Part shown: positions 28,938 through 40,928 of the stretch, in pieces | Numbering within the stretch: position 1 is the stretch's first letter | How the letters are laid out: the number at the start of each line of letters is the position of its first letter | Source: an uncultured delta proteobacterium | GTDB taxonomy: Bacteria; Desulfobacterota; RBG-13-43-22 | Direction of reading: 5' to 3' | Length of the DNA stretch: 64,000 nt | Assembly: GCA_963802945.1 (NCBI GenBank) | Contig: CAWDKY010000025.1 | Location: 108,317-172,316, forward strand | Position numbers and translations under genes: made by a program | Notes under the pieces: model-generated | What the model was told of the DNA's origin: nothing | The model's database searches: none | The model's input: only the letters and a program-made list of their open reading frames with translations

Positions 28938-31900
28938 GGCAATTTCAAGGAAGGGTCTTCATGTCTTGATCTTTTTGCAGGACGATTCTTTATCCGTTTA
29001 GCCAACCGATCAAAACCCAGATAAATGACCGGGGTCGTATAGAGGGTTAGAATCTGGCTGATGATCAATCCCCCGACGATGGATATACCCAGTGGGTGTC
29101 GCAACTCCGAACCGACTCCGCCGCCTAAGGCCAGAGGCAGGGCCCCGAGCAGGGCGGCCAGGGTGGTCATCATGATCGGCCGAAATCGCAGGAGAGAGGC
29201 CTGATAAATGGCTTCCACCGCATCCTTACCTTCTTTACGCTCGGCATCGAGGGCGAAATCGACCATCATGATCCCGTTTTTCTTGACGATACCGATCAGC
29301 AGAACGATACCGATCAGGGCAATGACACTGAATTCCGTACCGAACATCAAAAGGGCCAGGATTGCCCCCACACCGGCTGAGGGCAAGGTGGACAGGATGG
29401 TGAGGGGGTGGATGTAGCTTTCATAGAGTATGCCCAGGACGATATAGACGGTGATCAGAGCGGCCAGGATCAGCCAAGGCTCATTGGCCAAAGAGACTTT
29501 AAAGGCCTGGGCCGTTCCTTGAAAGCTGCCCTGGATGCTGGCCGGAAGTCCCAGTTGCTGAGCGGTCGTTTCCACGGCCTCGACGGCCTTTCCCAAAGAG
29601 GCCCCCCGTTCCAGGTTGAAAGAGACGGTCACTGAGGGAAATTGTCCCTGACGGCTGATAAGCAGCGGTCCTGTGGTCTCTGAGATCCGGCTGATGGAAC
29701 TGAGCGGTACCTGACTCCCACTGCTGCCCCGGAGATAGATATCACCCAGTTTGTCGGGATTTTTTTGAAACTCGGGCTTGACCCCCAGAATCACCCGATA
29801 CTGGTTCAACTGGGTAAAGATGGTCGAGACGATCCGCTGACCATAGGCGTTGTAAAGGGTGTCGTCGATGAGCTGAGGCATGATGCCGAAGCGGGAAGCC
29901 GTGCTGCGGTCGATATCTATGGCCAGACGAAGCCCTTTGTCCTGTTGATCGCTGCTCACCTCCTTCAGCTCGGGTCGTTTGCTCAGGGCCTCAACCAGCT
30001 TGGGGGCCCAGGTGTACAACTCGTTGGCATCAGGGTCCTCCATGGTATACTGAAACTGGGTGCGACTGACCCGGGCATCCACCGTCAGATCCTGCACGGG
30101 CTGCATAAAGAGCTTTGACCCCTTCCACTTTGTCCACTTCCCCTTGAAGGCGGTGGATCACCTCGCTGGCACTGATCTTTCGTTCCTCCAAGGGTTTGAG
30201 GTTGATCAGAATACGTCCGCTGTTGAGTGTGGCATTGGTCCCATCTATACCGATGAAGGAAGACAGACTCATCACCGCCGGGTCACGGAGGATGACCTGG
30301 GTTAAGGCCTGCTGACGCCTGGACATAGCCGGAAAAGAGACCGACTGGGGCGCCTCGGAGATACCCAGAATGACCCCTGTATCTTGAACCGGGAAAAAAC
30401 CTTTAGGTACAATCAGGAACAAGACCACGGTGAGGACCAGCGTTCCTACGGCCACAAGCAGAGTGGCCTGCTGACGCAAGAGGACCCATCGCAAGGTCCG
30501 GCCGTAAAAGGCGATAATACGATCGAACATCACTCCGGACGTCCGGTAAAATCTTCCTTGTTTCTCTTTAGGGGTATGTTTAAGTATCTTGGCACACATC
30601 ATGGGGGTTAGGGTCAGCGAAACGACGGCAGAAATGAGGATGGTTACTCCCAGGGTAATGGCAAATTCCCGGAACAATCGGCCCACGACATCACCCATAA
30701 ATAAGAGAGGAATAAGAACGGCGATGAGGGAAACGGTTAAAGACAAAATGGTGAACCCGATCTGTTTTGATCCTTTGAGGGCTGCTTGGAGAGGAGATTC
30801 CCCTTCTTCGATGTACCGGGCAATATTCTCTATCATGACAATAGCGTCATCCACCACAAAGCCGGTTGAAATGGTCAGGGCCATCAGGGAAAGATTGTTC
30901 AGACTAAATCCCAAAAGATACATAACCCCAAAGGTCCCTACCAGAGAAAGCGGGACGGCTACGCTGGGGATGGTCGTGGCCGAAAAATTGCGCAGGAAAA
31001 GAAAGATGACCAGAATGACCAGGGCCACGGCCAGCATCAATTCGAACTGGACATCTCTGACCGAGGCTCGAATGGTCGTCGTCCGGTCGGTCAGTATGGA
31101 AACTTTTATGGCTGGAGGGAGAGAGCTCTGGAGATTGGGCATGAGTCTCTTGATTCGATTAACGACTTCGATGACATTGGCCCCCGGCTGTCGTTGGATA
31201 TTGAGAATCACGGCCGAACTGTTGTTCATCCAGGCCGCCTGTTGTATATTTTCCGCATCATCGATGGCCTCGGCCACGTCGGATATCCTGATCGGGGCCC
31301 CGTTTCGATAACCAACAATCAATGGCCTATACTGATTACTGGAAAAAAGCTGATCATTAGCCCCAATAATGTAAGCTTGGCGAGGGCCGTCAAAGGTGCC
31401 CTTGGCTTGATTGACGTTGGCGTTGGCAATGGAGGACTGCAGGTCTCCCAAAGTCAATCCGTAACTGGCCAGGGTCGTGGGGTTGGCCAGAATCCGGACG
31501 GCCGGTCTTTGCCCGCCGCTGATGCTTACCAGGCCCACACCGGGCAATTGGGAGATCTTTTGGGCAAACCGGGTGTCAGCCAGGTCTTCAATGTCTGGAA
31601 GAGGCAAGGTCTTGGAAGTCAGGGCCAGGGTGAGAATCGGTGCATCAGCCGGATTTACCTTGCTATACACCGGCGGATTGGGAAGATCCTTAGGGAGAAA
31701 GTCAAAGGCCGCATTGATGGAAGCCTGGACCTGTTGTTCGGCTACATCCAGACTGAGTTCTAAGGTGAATTGAAGGGTGATGACCGAACTGCCGCTTGAA
31801 CTGGTAGAGGTCATTTGAGTCAGGCCGGGCATCTGGCCGAATTGGCGTTCTAAGGGGGCGGTCACCGATGAGGCCATCACGTCGGGACTGGCCCCGGGAT

Positions 31901-32051
31901 AGAAGGTTCGAACCTGGATGGTGGGGTAATCCACCTGGGGCAGTGCGGAGACCGGTAACTGACGGTAGGCCACGGCCCCGGCCAGAAAAATAGCCACCAT
32001 CAACAGGGTCGTGGCTACCGGCCGTGTGATGAAGGGTTGAGAAATGTTCAT
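28934..32051 (-). CDS. mdtB: RND efflux permease MdtB-like (frameshift near 30110)
   Basis: [50 protein letters not shown]. Confidence 0.9.
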
Positions 32052-33268
32052 CAGCCGCTCCGTCCTCCACGGCCGTTCCCTGGCCCCTTCAATTCCACTT
32101 TTGCACCTTCCCTGAGTCTTTCGGCGCCATCCACTACAACCAGGGCCCCCGCAGGCAACCCTTGATCGATAGAGGCTTCTCCGCCTTGAATTTCACCTAC
32201 GGTGATGGGACGGAGCTCAACCGTTTGATCGGCTTTGACGGAATAGACATAAGTACCCTGTGAGCCTCGTTGGATGGCCGCTGCCGGGATGATAATGGCC
32301 TTGTGTTTTATATCAACCAGCAAGCTGGCATTGACAAACTGATTGGGGAACAGTTGCTGGTCCTTATTTTCAAACATAGCCTTGAGCTTAAAGGTCCCGG
32401 TGTTGGGATCGATTTGGTTATCGACGGTCAGAAGAAATCCGCTGGCCAATTTTTTGCTCTGCTCCCGATCATAGACATCCACTTGCGGCCGCTGTCCGGC
32501 CTTAAGCTGGGGCAGCACCCGAGCCAGGCTATCTTCGGGAAGGGAAAAGATGACGGTGATGGGTTGAAGTTGGGTGATGACCAATAGGCCGTTCGGGTCA
32601 GTGGCGTGGACGATATTACCCGGATCGACAAGACGTAACCCGATTCTTCCGCTGACCGGGGCGGTGATCTTGCTGTAAATCAGTTGTAGCTTGGCGTTAT
32701 CAATCAGACCTTGATCGGTCTTGATAGTACCTTCATACTGGCGAACCAGGGCTTCCTGAGTATCCAGCATCTGTTTCTGAATAAGATCTTGTTTCCATAA
32801 GGTACGGTAGCGTTCCAGATCGTCCCGGGCGTTTTTAAGGATCGCCTGGTCTCGGGCCATTTGCCCCTCAGCCTGGGTCAATTGAACCTCAAAAGGCCGG
32901 GGATCGATTCGGGCCAGTAGTTGACCGCTGGCGACGATTTGACCTTCCCGGAAAAGGACCTCCATGAGTTGCCCGTCAACACGGCTCTTGATGGTGACGG
33001 TATTGATAGGGGTTACGGAACCCAGACCATTGAGAAAAACCTTCATGTCGCCCTCTTTGGCCGCTACGGCCATCACTGGTATGGCCCGGACAGGGGGAGA
33101 AGTTTCTTTTTTAGCGATCCCTGGTTGTTTGTTTTCGGACTTACCCCAATAAGTAAAGGTCCAGGCTCCGGCAAGAACGACTACCACCAGAGTGATCCAC
33201 CAAAACCTGAGTAAAAAACCACGACGGCGTTTTGGTAACTCACTTATACCTTTATTTTTTTCGTCCAT
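32051..33268 (-). CDS. mdtA: RND membrane-fusion protein MdtA-like
   Basis: TM anchor, [48 protein letters not shown]. Confidence 0.9.
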   Translation of the reverse strand: MDEKNKGISELPKRRRGFLLRFWWITLVVVVLAGAWTFTYWGKSENKQPGIAKKETSPPVRAIPVMAVAAKEGDMKVFLNGLGSVTPINTVTIKSRVDGQLMEVLFREGQIVASGQLLARIDPRPFEVQLTQAEGQMARDQAILKNARDDLERYRTLWKQDLIQKQMLDTQEALVRQYEGTIKTDQGLIDNAKLQLIYSKITAPVSGRIGLRLVDPGNIVHATDPNGLLVITQLQPITVIFSLPEDSLARVLPQLKAGQRPQVDVYDREQSKKLASGFLLTVDNQIDPNTGTFKLKAMFENKDQQLFPNQFVNASLLVDIKHKAIIIPAAAIQRGSQGTYVYSVKADQTVELRPITVGEIQGGEASIDQGLPAGALVVVDGAERLREGAKVELKGPGNGRGGRSG

Positions 33269-33892
33269 AAGATCCTTTCCAAAAAAAATACCAATTTTTT
33301 TGTGCCCTTTGCAGTCTGAATGGGTTATTGCCAAGAAATCCGGCGCAGTATTATAAAGTAGCAGACGCAAGCCTGGCCGTCAAGTGTGTTCCGGCTGCGG
33401 CAACAAAGAAGGGCGAGCCTTGGTAGGAACAGCGGCCAGCAGCCCGTCTCAATTGCTGGCAACGACTCGGGCTCGTTTATGTTATTTTGCTGCTTAGACT
33501 TAAAGACTGATCGATCTCTTTGCTGGTGGCAAATGTTGCCCTCTCGCGCAAGCCGCTCCCTTGAGAGCAGTCAAAGATCTGAGAAATAGACCCGCCGCCT
33601 TCCATTGTACCACTCCCGAAGGTCGTTGAGTTGTCAGGGTCGTAATTCAAATCGCCGGATTGGTTCTCAACAATAATATTATATTTTCGATTTATCAAAG
33701 AAGGTTGATTTGTCGGTTCCAGAATAAATCTCAGCCTTCTCGGTAAGCACGAAATCATTAATTCTATTATTAAAACGAGGAGGTCCCATACCCCACTCTT
33801 CCTTTTCGTTTGAAAATATAAAATCTTCATAAATCACCTCTTCGTCTTCCAGAAGATGATTGCTGTTTTCCTAAGCAAAGATCGGTGCTATT

Positions 33893-34093
33893 TTATTTCT
33901 TGATAGCGGGTTGTGGAGTCAGTATGGCCATATTTTGAGGTTCCGATAAAATCAAATCAAATTGATCATTTTTGAGCATGGTCAGTGCGACTTCCAAAGA
34001 AAGGGTTGATTGAATAAGGGCTCCTTCCCTAATCAAAATATATACCACCCTGTACTCTTCATCTATGTGCAGTATTTTGATTGGCTTTTCCAT
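33893..34093 (-). CDS. Small degenerate receiver-like protein
   Basis: KILHIDEE...ALTMLKNDQFDLILSE, resembling the N-terminal half of a REC domain with Glu at the phospho-Asp position. Confidence 0.5.
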   Translation of the reverse strand: MEKPIKILHIDEEYRVVYILIREGALIQSTLSLEVALTMLKNDQFDLILSEPQNMAILTPQPAIKK

Positions 34094-34168
34094 ATTCTTT
34101 CCCCTTTAGGTTAAGGGCCATAGTGGAGAAAACCCCATTGGTCCTGACCGTTCTTCGGGAAGGCCCAT

Positions 34169-34657
34169 TCAAGGTCGGAAGCCCCGGGCAATGCCCAAAT
34201 TGAGTTCTGTATCTAACCGTAGGCCAAAGACAGGCAATTTTTCCGCCTGGTCCGGGGTTAGGAATCTTTGAGCTAAAACCCTATAATCAGTGGCCTTGAA
34301 TTGCAGCTCGGTGTATAGCTCCATAATTTCCCTTTTTTTGGTATTAATCCTATTCTTGTCCGGTTTAGGATCTATCCAGAGAGTTCTAAGTTCTGTAAGT
34401 TTTCTCGGAATCTCGCTTCGGAGAAAGACTGTTTCCGTTAAGAAGGTATCCCTTAAACTCTTTAACTGGGCCTCCTTTTCCGGCGAGAGATTTAATATTT
34501 TATTTTCACTAGGTTTACTATCCTGACTAAAACTGCTACGGTCTCGGGAGCCCGGACCAAAGGCATGTAGTGAACTTGCCATTAGAACCAAGGATACAAT
34601 AATCATTATGAAGGCCGGGCCTAAACCTATCATCTGGATATTAATTTTGTCTTTCAT
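34169..34657 (-). CDS. Spy/CpxP/ZraP-like periplasmic helical protein
   Basis: Signal peptide, LNLSPEK...LTPDQ (LTxxQ motifs). Confidence 0.75.
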   Translation of the reverse strand: MKDKINIQMIGLGPAFIMIIVSLVLMASSLHAFGPGSRDRSSFSQDSKPSENKILNLSPEKEAQLKSLRDTFLTETVFLRSEIPRKLTELRTLWIDPKPDKNRINTKKREIMELYTELQFKATDYRVLAQRFLTPDQAEKLPVFGLRLDTELNLGIARGFRP

Positions 34658-34890
34658 TTTATTAACTCCTGTTTTTTAATTTTAAGCGAACCTTACTGCC
34701 CTGGTTTTTAGTTAACAGTCCCTTTATAGGGATAGTTTCGTAAACATTCTTAAAATTGTCCTCATGCTTTTGCCTGAGTGAAGAAATGCGGAAGGTACGT
34801 CTCATTAGAAGAGACACATCAAACGTATTAGTCAATTAGACAGAGAGGGGCTCATAAAGTTAAACTTTTTATTAACCATTCAGTGAACAA

Positions 34891-35640
34891 AACGACTTAC
34901 GATAATTATTAAACCGGAAGAAAATTGTTTTTATTTTTAACTTAACAATATTTCCCCTGTCTAAAAAAACAAACCATACAAATTAGTCGGCCCTTTTAAA
35001 GAAAACCTTGGGGCCTAAAAGAAAAATCGAAAGGGGGTAGGCTATAAGCACAAGAAGATTATACGGTTTTTGGATTTCGAGACATGGGAAGCCATTAACG
35101 TTAACTTTTTTAAAAAAAACCACGAAGGGAAGAAAAAATGATCAGACCAACTAAAATTTTAGTGTTTTTGTTCGCTTTACTTTTAATAATGAGCGGCAGC
35201 GTTTATGCCATGAACCCAGGAGATGGTGGTGCAAAAGAAGGAGTTAAGGCCCATCACCCTAACCTGTTGAATCTCACCCCGCAACAAAAAACCAAGCTTC
35301 AGGCCTTGTGGAAGAATTTCCGGAAGGAAACGGTTTTTCTACGCAATGACATTAAGGTTAAACGGCTGGAACTTGAAACCTTGTGGACTGTCCCTAGCCC
35401 GGATAAAGACAAGATCATAGCCAAACAAAATGAACTTAACGATCTGAAAACCAAATTACAAATGAAAGCCATTGATTTTCGGCTGAAAGCCAGGAGTTAT
35501 CTCACCCCGGAGCAGGCTGCCCAGGTTGGAATGTGGGGGCCGGAGATATGGCACCGGGCGCATATGGCCAGGAGAATGCAGGCAGGCCATCAGAAAGACC
35601 ATGGCCATTTTCTAAATCAACCCTAAATTCGTTCCTAACC
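34891..35640 (+). repeat. ~750-bp direct repeat copy 1 (leader plus Spy-like gene)
   Basis: Near-identical to 42976-43770, including about 240 bp of upstream non-coding DNA. Confidence 0.9.
35138..35626 (+). CDS. Spy/CpxP/ZraP-like periplasmic chaperone (copy 1)
   Basis: Signal peptide, LNLTPQQ...LTPEQ, His-rich tail. Confidence 0.85.
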   Translation: MIRPTKILVFLFALLLIMSGSVYAMNPGDGGAKEGVKAHHPNLLNLTPQQKTKLQALWKNFRKETVFLRNDIKVKRLELETLWTVPSPDKDKIIAKQNELNDLKTKLQMKAIDFRLKARSYLTPEQAAQVGMWGPEIWHRAHMARRMQAGHQKDHGHFLNQP

Positions 35641-35646
35641 ATTAAA

Positions 35647-35671
35647 GAGAGGGGTCGTAATGGCCCCTCTC
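35647..35671 (+). terminator. Stem-loop downstream of Spy-like copy 1
   Basis: gagaggggtc-gtaat-ggcccctctc followed by A-rich run. Confidence 0.45.
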
Positions 35672-35990
35672 CGAGAAAAAAGAAAAAGAAGAATTGTTTC
35701 TGTTTTCATATTGTTAAATTATATGCATTCTTTAACGAAGATGAAGCCCGGAAAACTGTAGCTGATAATTAAACATGAAGAGTAACGTTATAAAAATAAT
35801 GGCTTTGGCTATGGGGAAATTAAGTCTCATTATTATTTTTCTACTTGCCTGGCTTTTTATTTTACGCTTTGCTTTTAATTTGACCTCTATGATAAAATTT
35901 TAATCAACATGTGGAACAATGAAGGAAGCCGTATACTTTGTTTTTGAAAATAGGAATTATACAGTTTTATGTTGAAGGAGGAGGTAGCTG

Positions 35991-36587
35991 ATGATACTGA
36001 AACAGAATATGAATAAACCGGTTAGGGTCGGCCTTTGGCTCTTACTTTTTTTGACCGTTTCCGGGTTGGTTGCCTGTTATCCTATGCCGGAACGGGTGGC
36101 TTCCCAACCCATGACCGAAAACACGGGAGGGATTCCTCGACCTTCACCTAACGAGGTCTATTTTTATCCCTTAAAGGGGCAGACCATCGAACAACAATCG
36201 CGGGATCATTATGAATGTTATGACTGGGCCATTAAGCAGACCGGTTTTGATCCGGGTCTTTCGACTCTCCCGCCGGAGCAACGGGTCAAGGTGGTCCCCT
36301 TACCGCCACCCGGCCATGATACGGCCGTTTATGCGATAGCCGGAGCCGTGCTGGGTGCTATTCTGGGTGGGCCAAGACACGCAGCCGGCGGGGCCTTGAT
36401 AGGCGCAGCCGGGGGAGCAATCGCAGGAGCGGCCTCGGATTCAGCCAGACAGGAAGTGGCCCAGCAACAGGAAGAGGCTTATGTCCAGCGAAATCAGGCA
36501 GGCTACGCGCAATTCGAACAAAAGGAGCTTGATTTCCGGCGGGCCATGGGTGCCTGCCTCGAAGGCCGGGGCTATAGTGTAAAATAA
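35991..36587 (+). CDS. Glycine-zipper lipoprotein with YPxxGQ...ECxxWA...ACLEGRGY domain
   Basis: Lipobox LVAC; GAVLGAILGG..GGALIGAAGGAIAG; Cys pair. Confidence 0.8.
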   Translation: MILKQNMNKPVRVGLWLLLFLTVSGLVACYPMPERVASQPMTENTGGIPRPSPNEVYFYPLKGQTIEQQSRDHYECYDWAIKQTGFDPGLSTLPPEQRVKVVPLPPPGHDTAVYAIAGAVLGAILGGPRHAAGGALIGAAGGAIAGAASDSARQEVAQQQEEAYVQRNQAGYAQFEQKELDFRRAMGACLEGRGYSVK

Positions 36588-36632
36588 AAAAAACTAAACG
36601 GACCTATATTTTTATTTATGGAGGGCATTACC

Positions 36633-37356
36633 ATGTCATATCTTTGCAACACAAAAAATAAATTTTTTATTTCAACAATATTATTGGGGATCATCTTGAC
36701 CGGGCTTTGCCAGGTGGCCGGGGCGGCTGAACGTGAATTTCGTCATCGTGAATTTATGGATTCCCGTTATCATCATGACCATTCTTATCCGGCTCGCGGT
36801 GGGTATGTTAATGTCCTGCCATCAGGACACCGGATGGTGGTTTTTGGCCGGGCAAGATACTACTTTTTTGATGGGGTCTGGTATCGTCCTATGGGGGGGC
36901 GTTTCCTCATCGTGGCCCCTCCAATCGGACTGGCCGTCACCTTTTTACCTCCCTATTACACGACCATCATGGTAGGGGGAGTGCCCTATTACTATGCCAA
37001 TGAGGTCTATTACACGGCTGCCCCCGGCGGCTATGTTGTTGTTGCGCCCCCGATGGGTGATGTAATCCCGGTACCGCCTCCGCTGGCAGTGTCTCCGCAG
37101 GCCCTCCCCCCCGGTACCGCCTGCCGGAGGGCAAACGTCGGGTGAACAGTTATTCATCTATCCCCGCCAAGGCCAGAATGAAAAGAAACAGGCCGATGAT
37201 CGATATGAGTGCCACCGCTGGGCCGTAGGCCAGACAGGGTATGACCCGACCAAACCGCCCGTCAATATGCCTGAAGGACAGACACTCCAGAAATATGCGG
37301 ACTATAAACGGGCTATGGGTGCCTGCCTTGATGCCCGAGGGTATTCCGTCAAATAG
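36633..37356 (+). CDS. Secreted Tyr/Gly-rich (DUF6515-like) protein with a second YPxxGQ...ECxxWA...ACLDARGY domain (frameshift near 37130)
   Basis: YYFFDGVWY, VVAPP repeats; shifted frame EQLFIYPRQGQNEKKQADDRYECHRWA...ACLDARGYSVK*. Confidence 0.75.
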
Positions 37357-37489
37357 CGGTCATGAAAATTTTCTATTTTTCCGCGAAAAGGAAATGGTGG
37401 ATATTCGATTTTCTAATCCTTCTGATAGAATTGATTTTTTCGTGCCTGCCCAAACAGCTGAAGCTTATTTTTGAACCGAAGGGTTTACT

Positions 37490-38861
37490 ATGCGACGAAA
37501 AATTGGAATAACGATCCTGATTGTTTTCGGGCTGGCCGTAATCAGTGGTCTTGGTTTTTGGTGGTTCTGGTCCAAAGGGAACAAGGGGCCGGGGTTCCGT
37601 ACAGCAGCAGTGAAACGGGGCGATATCGTAGCCACGATCAGCGCCACGGGCACGGTTGAACCGGAAGAAGTCGTGGATGTGGGGGCCCAGATCAGTGGAA
37701 AAATCGAGGCCTTCGGCAAGGATAAAAACGGAAAGGTCATTAACTACGCTTCAATGGTGAAGGCCGGTATGGTCTTAGTCAGAATTGAGGATTCTCTTTA
37801 TGCAGCCGCCGTAAAAACGGCCCAGGCCCAGTTACAGCAAGCCGACGCCAATGTGATTAATGCCAAGGCCAATGTACTTCAGATGAAGGCCAAGTTACTG
37901 GAGGCCCAGGCGGACTGGAATCGGGCGCAGAAGCTTGGTCCTTCAGACGCCTTATCCCAGACCCTTTATGACCAATACCAGGCCGGGTATGAGGTCGCCA
38001 AGGCCAATTTGGCCTCGGCCGTGGCCGCAGTCGAGCAAGCCGAGGCGGCAGTAGAGCAAGCCAAGGCCGGCCTTAACACAGCCCAGATCAATTTCGGTTA
38101 CTGTACCATCAAAACCCCGGTCGATGGTGTAATTATCGACCGTCGGGTTGACATCGGACAAACCGTGGTGGCCAGTCTGAGTACACCCAGTCTCTTCCTT
38201 ATTGCCAAGGATCTCAAACATATTCAGGTCTGGGTGGCGGTTAATGAGGCAGATATCGGCAGCATTTCTAAGGGTCAGTGGGTGACCTTCACGGTGGACG
38301 CCCTTCCTAATCAGGTATTTCAAGGCCAGGTGGGCAGAATTCGCCTCAATGCGACCATGTCTCAGAATGTTGTTACTTACACCGTCGAGGTCAATACCAA
38401 CAACGATGACAGTAAGCTCCTACCTTACCTAACGGCTAACGCCAAGTTCATAGTCGGCCGTCGCCAGGGCGTGTTGCTGGTCCCCAATGCGGCCCTGCGA
38501 TGGTCACCACGGCCCAACCAGATTGCACCGAACCTCCGGCAAAGATCAGGCGCCGGGGCCTCGAAACGAAAAGGTGAAGCCGGTTTCGTCCGCACGGATC
38601 AGCCGGCGACAAATGGCCTCCTTTGGGTTCCGTCAAGGGAACTTTGTTCGCTCGATCCGCGTCACCACCGGCTTGACGGATGGCATGTTTACAGAGGTCG
38701 AAGGCCGCGATTTAGCCGAGGGTCTGTCTGTGGTCGTCGGTGAACAAACCGAGGAAACCAGAAGCAAGCCGGTCACCGAGACCAGTCCGTTTACACCCCA
38801 GATAGGTCGTGGATTTCGTCAAGGCCAAGGGGGCCCGGCTGGGTCCGGTGGAAATCGCTGA
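37490..38861 (+). CDS. Efflux membrane-fusion protein (MacA/HlyD family; frameshift near 38640)
   Basis: ATGTVEP..VDVGAQISGKI, GQTVVASLSTPSLF, VNEADIG, then VTTGLTDGMFTEV in shifted frame. Confidence 0.88.
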
Positions 38862-38883
38862 GTCCGTATAAAAGTTGTCTGCT

Positions 38884-39561
38884 ATGGACTTGATAGAACT
38901 CCGAGACATACAAAAGATTTACCACCTTGGGGAAGTGGAACTGCCGGTTCTCAAGGGCATATCCCTGAACGTCGCCAGAGGCGAACTCGTGGCCTTGATG
39001 GGCGCCAGCGGCTCCGGCAAGAGCACTTTGATGAACATCATCGGCTGTTTGGACCGTCCGACTTCCGGAGAGTATTGGATCGATGGCCATCAGGTTTCCT
39101 GGACAACCGCCAAGGAACGGGCCAGACTGCGGCGCAGGATGATCGGTTTCGTTTTCCAGAACTTCAACCTGCTGGCTCGAACCACAGCCTTGGAGAACGT
39201 TTTGATGCCGCTGACTTACACCAGAGAGGATTTGACTAAGTCTCAAATAAACCAGCGGGCCATTGAATTGCTGCAAAAAGTCGGATTGGAGGATCGCATC
39301 CATCATCAATCATCTCAACTATCGGGTGGAGAACAACAGCGCGTGGCCATTGCCCGGGCCTTGATTAACCATCCGCAGGTCCTCCTGGCCGACGAGCCAA
39401 CCGGTAACCTCGATTCAAGAACCAGCAAGGATATCCTCCAGATGTTTCAGCAACTCAACAGCTCGGAAGGCCTGACCATCGTTCTGGTCACCCATGATCC
39501 CGAAGTGGCCCAACATACCCAGCGAATCATCTCCATTAAGGACGGCCTCATCAGGACATGA
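38884..39561 (+). CDS. ABC ATP-binding subunit (MacB/LolD family)
   Basis: [37 protein letters not shown]. Confidence 0.95.
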   Translation: MDLIELRDIQKIYHLGEVELPVLKGISLNVARGELVALMGASGSGKSTLMNIIGCLDRPTSGEYWIDGHQVSWTTAKERARLRRRMIGFVFQNFNLLARTTALENVLMPLTYTREDLTKSQINQRAIELLQKVGLEDRIHHQSSQLSGGEQQRVAIARALINHPQVLLADEPTGNLDSRTSKDILQMFQQLNSSEGLTIVLVTHDPEVAQHTQRIISIKDGLIRT

Positions 39562-40928
39562 AATCATTCCGCACCCTGAAAACGGCTTTTGGAGCCCTTC
39601 GGCGCAATGTTATGCGGGCCGTGCTCACCACGCTGGGCATTATCATCGGCGTAGCCGCGGTGATCACCATGATGGAGATCGGTAACGGTGCTTCCATCGC
39701 CATCCAACACACCATGGCCAGTATGGGCGCCAATACCCTGGTGATCTTTCCCGCCGCCGCTTCCATTGCCGGCGTCAACCTGGGGGTCGGCACCATGATG
39801 ACCCTGACGCCAGAGGATGCCAATACCATCTCTAAAGAATGCCCGGCCGTAAGCTACGTGGCCCCGATCGTACGGGCCCGCACCCAGCTGGTCTACGGTA
39901 ATCGCAATTATGTCCCGACTTATATCTACGGCACTGCGCCGTCTTTTCTACAGGTCCGCGAATGGACCGATCTGGACGAGGGTGAAGCCTTTACCGAACA
40001 TGAGGTTCGAAATGCCAGCAAGGTGTGCCTGATCGGACAGACTATTGTGAATGAGCTTTTCGGAGGCCAGTCGCCTGTCGGCAAGGAGGTCCGCATCCGC
40101 AACGTCGCCTTCAAGGTTGTCGGCGTCTTGCAGAAGAAAGGGGCCAATGTCATGGGCATGGACCAGGATGATATTCTGTTGGCGCCGTGGACGACCATCA
40201 AATATCGGGTGGTCGCTTCCTCGTTGTCCGCCGCCAATCAAAGCAGCGCGACCACCACCACCAGCACGGTTAATACCCTTGACCAGATTTACCCCAACAT
40301 CCAGCAAAATCTTTATCCAGTCCCATCCGATACCGAAGTAGCCGACTATCCGACAACGAATCGATTCACTACTATCGACCAGATTTTGCTCTCGGCGCGA
40401 TCCGGAGCCCAGGTTCCTTCGGCCATCCAACAGATTACCGACCTGTTGCGGGAACGGCACCATCTTCGTGCTACCAATCCTAATGATTTCAATATACGCG
40501 ACATGACCGAGGTCACCAAGGCCTTGAGCTCAACATCAGAGTTGATGACCAAACTGCTGCTGTGTGTGGCCATGATCTCCTTGGTGGTGGGCGGCGTGGG
40601 GATTATGAACATCATGCTCGTTTCCGTGACCGAACGGACCAGGGAGATTGGACTTCGTATGGCCGTTGGCGCCGAGCCAAACGGTATCTTACGGCAATTT
40701 TTGGCCGAAGCCGTCGTGCTCTGTCTGCTCGGGGGCTTCGTGGGTATCCTCTTGGGGCGTGGTAGTTCCTTCCTGGTTAATACGGTACTCCATTGGCCCA
40801 CGGCCACTTCGGTCGGAGCTATCGTAGCCGCAGTAGTTGTCTCGGCCAGTGTAGGTATTATTTTCGGTTTCTATCCGGCCTGGAAGGCCTCGAGACTTGA
40901 TCCTATCGAGGCCCTACGATATGAGTGA
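39558..40928 (+). CDS. ABC permease (MacB/FtsX family)
   Basis: LTTLGIIIGVAAVI, GGVGIMNIMLVSVTERTREIG, PAWKASRLDPIEALRYE. Confidence 0.95.
   Translation: MKSFRTLKTAFGALRRNVMRAVLTTLGIIIGVAAVITMMEIGNGASIAIQHTMASMGANTLVIFPAAASIAGVNLGVGTMMTLTPEDANTISKECPAVSYVAPIVRARTQLVYGNRNYVPTYIYGTAPSFLQVREWTDLDEGEAFTEHEVRNASKVCLIGQTIVNELFGGQSPVGKEVRIRNVAFKVVGVLQKKGANVMGMDQDDILLAPWTTIKYRVVASSLSAANQSSATTTTSTVNTLDQIYPNIQQNLYPVPSDTEVADYPTTNRFTTIDQILLSARSGAQVPSAIQQITDLLRERHHLRATNPNDFNIRDMTEVTKALSSTSELMTKLLLCVAMISLVVGGVGIMNIMLVSVTERTREIGLRMAVGAEPNGILRQFLAEAVVLCLLGGFVGILLGRGSSFLVNTVLHWPTATSVGAIVAAVVVSASVGIIFGFYPAWKASRLDPIEALRYE

Noticed and set aside
33340-33830. 117-aa ORF and a CxxC-containing GC-rich stretch upstream of mdtA
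   Set aside because: No recognisable family; probably a decayed fragment that cannot be supported as a gene
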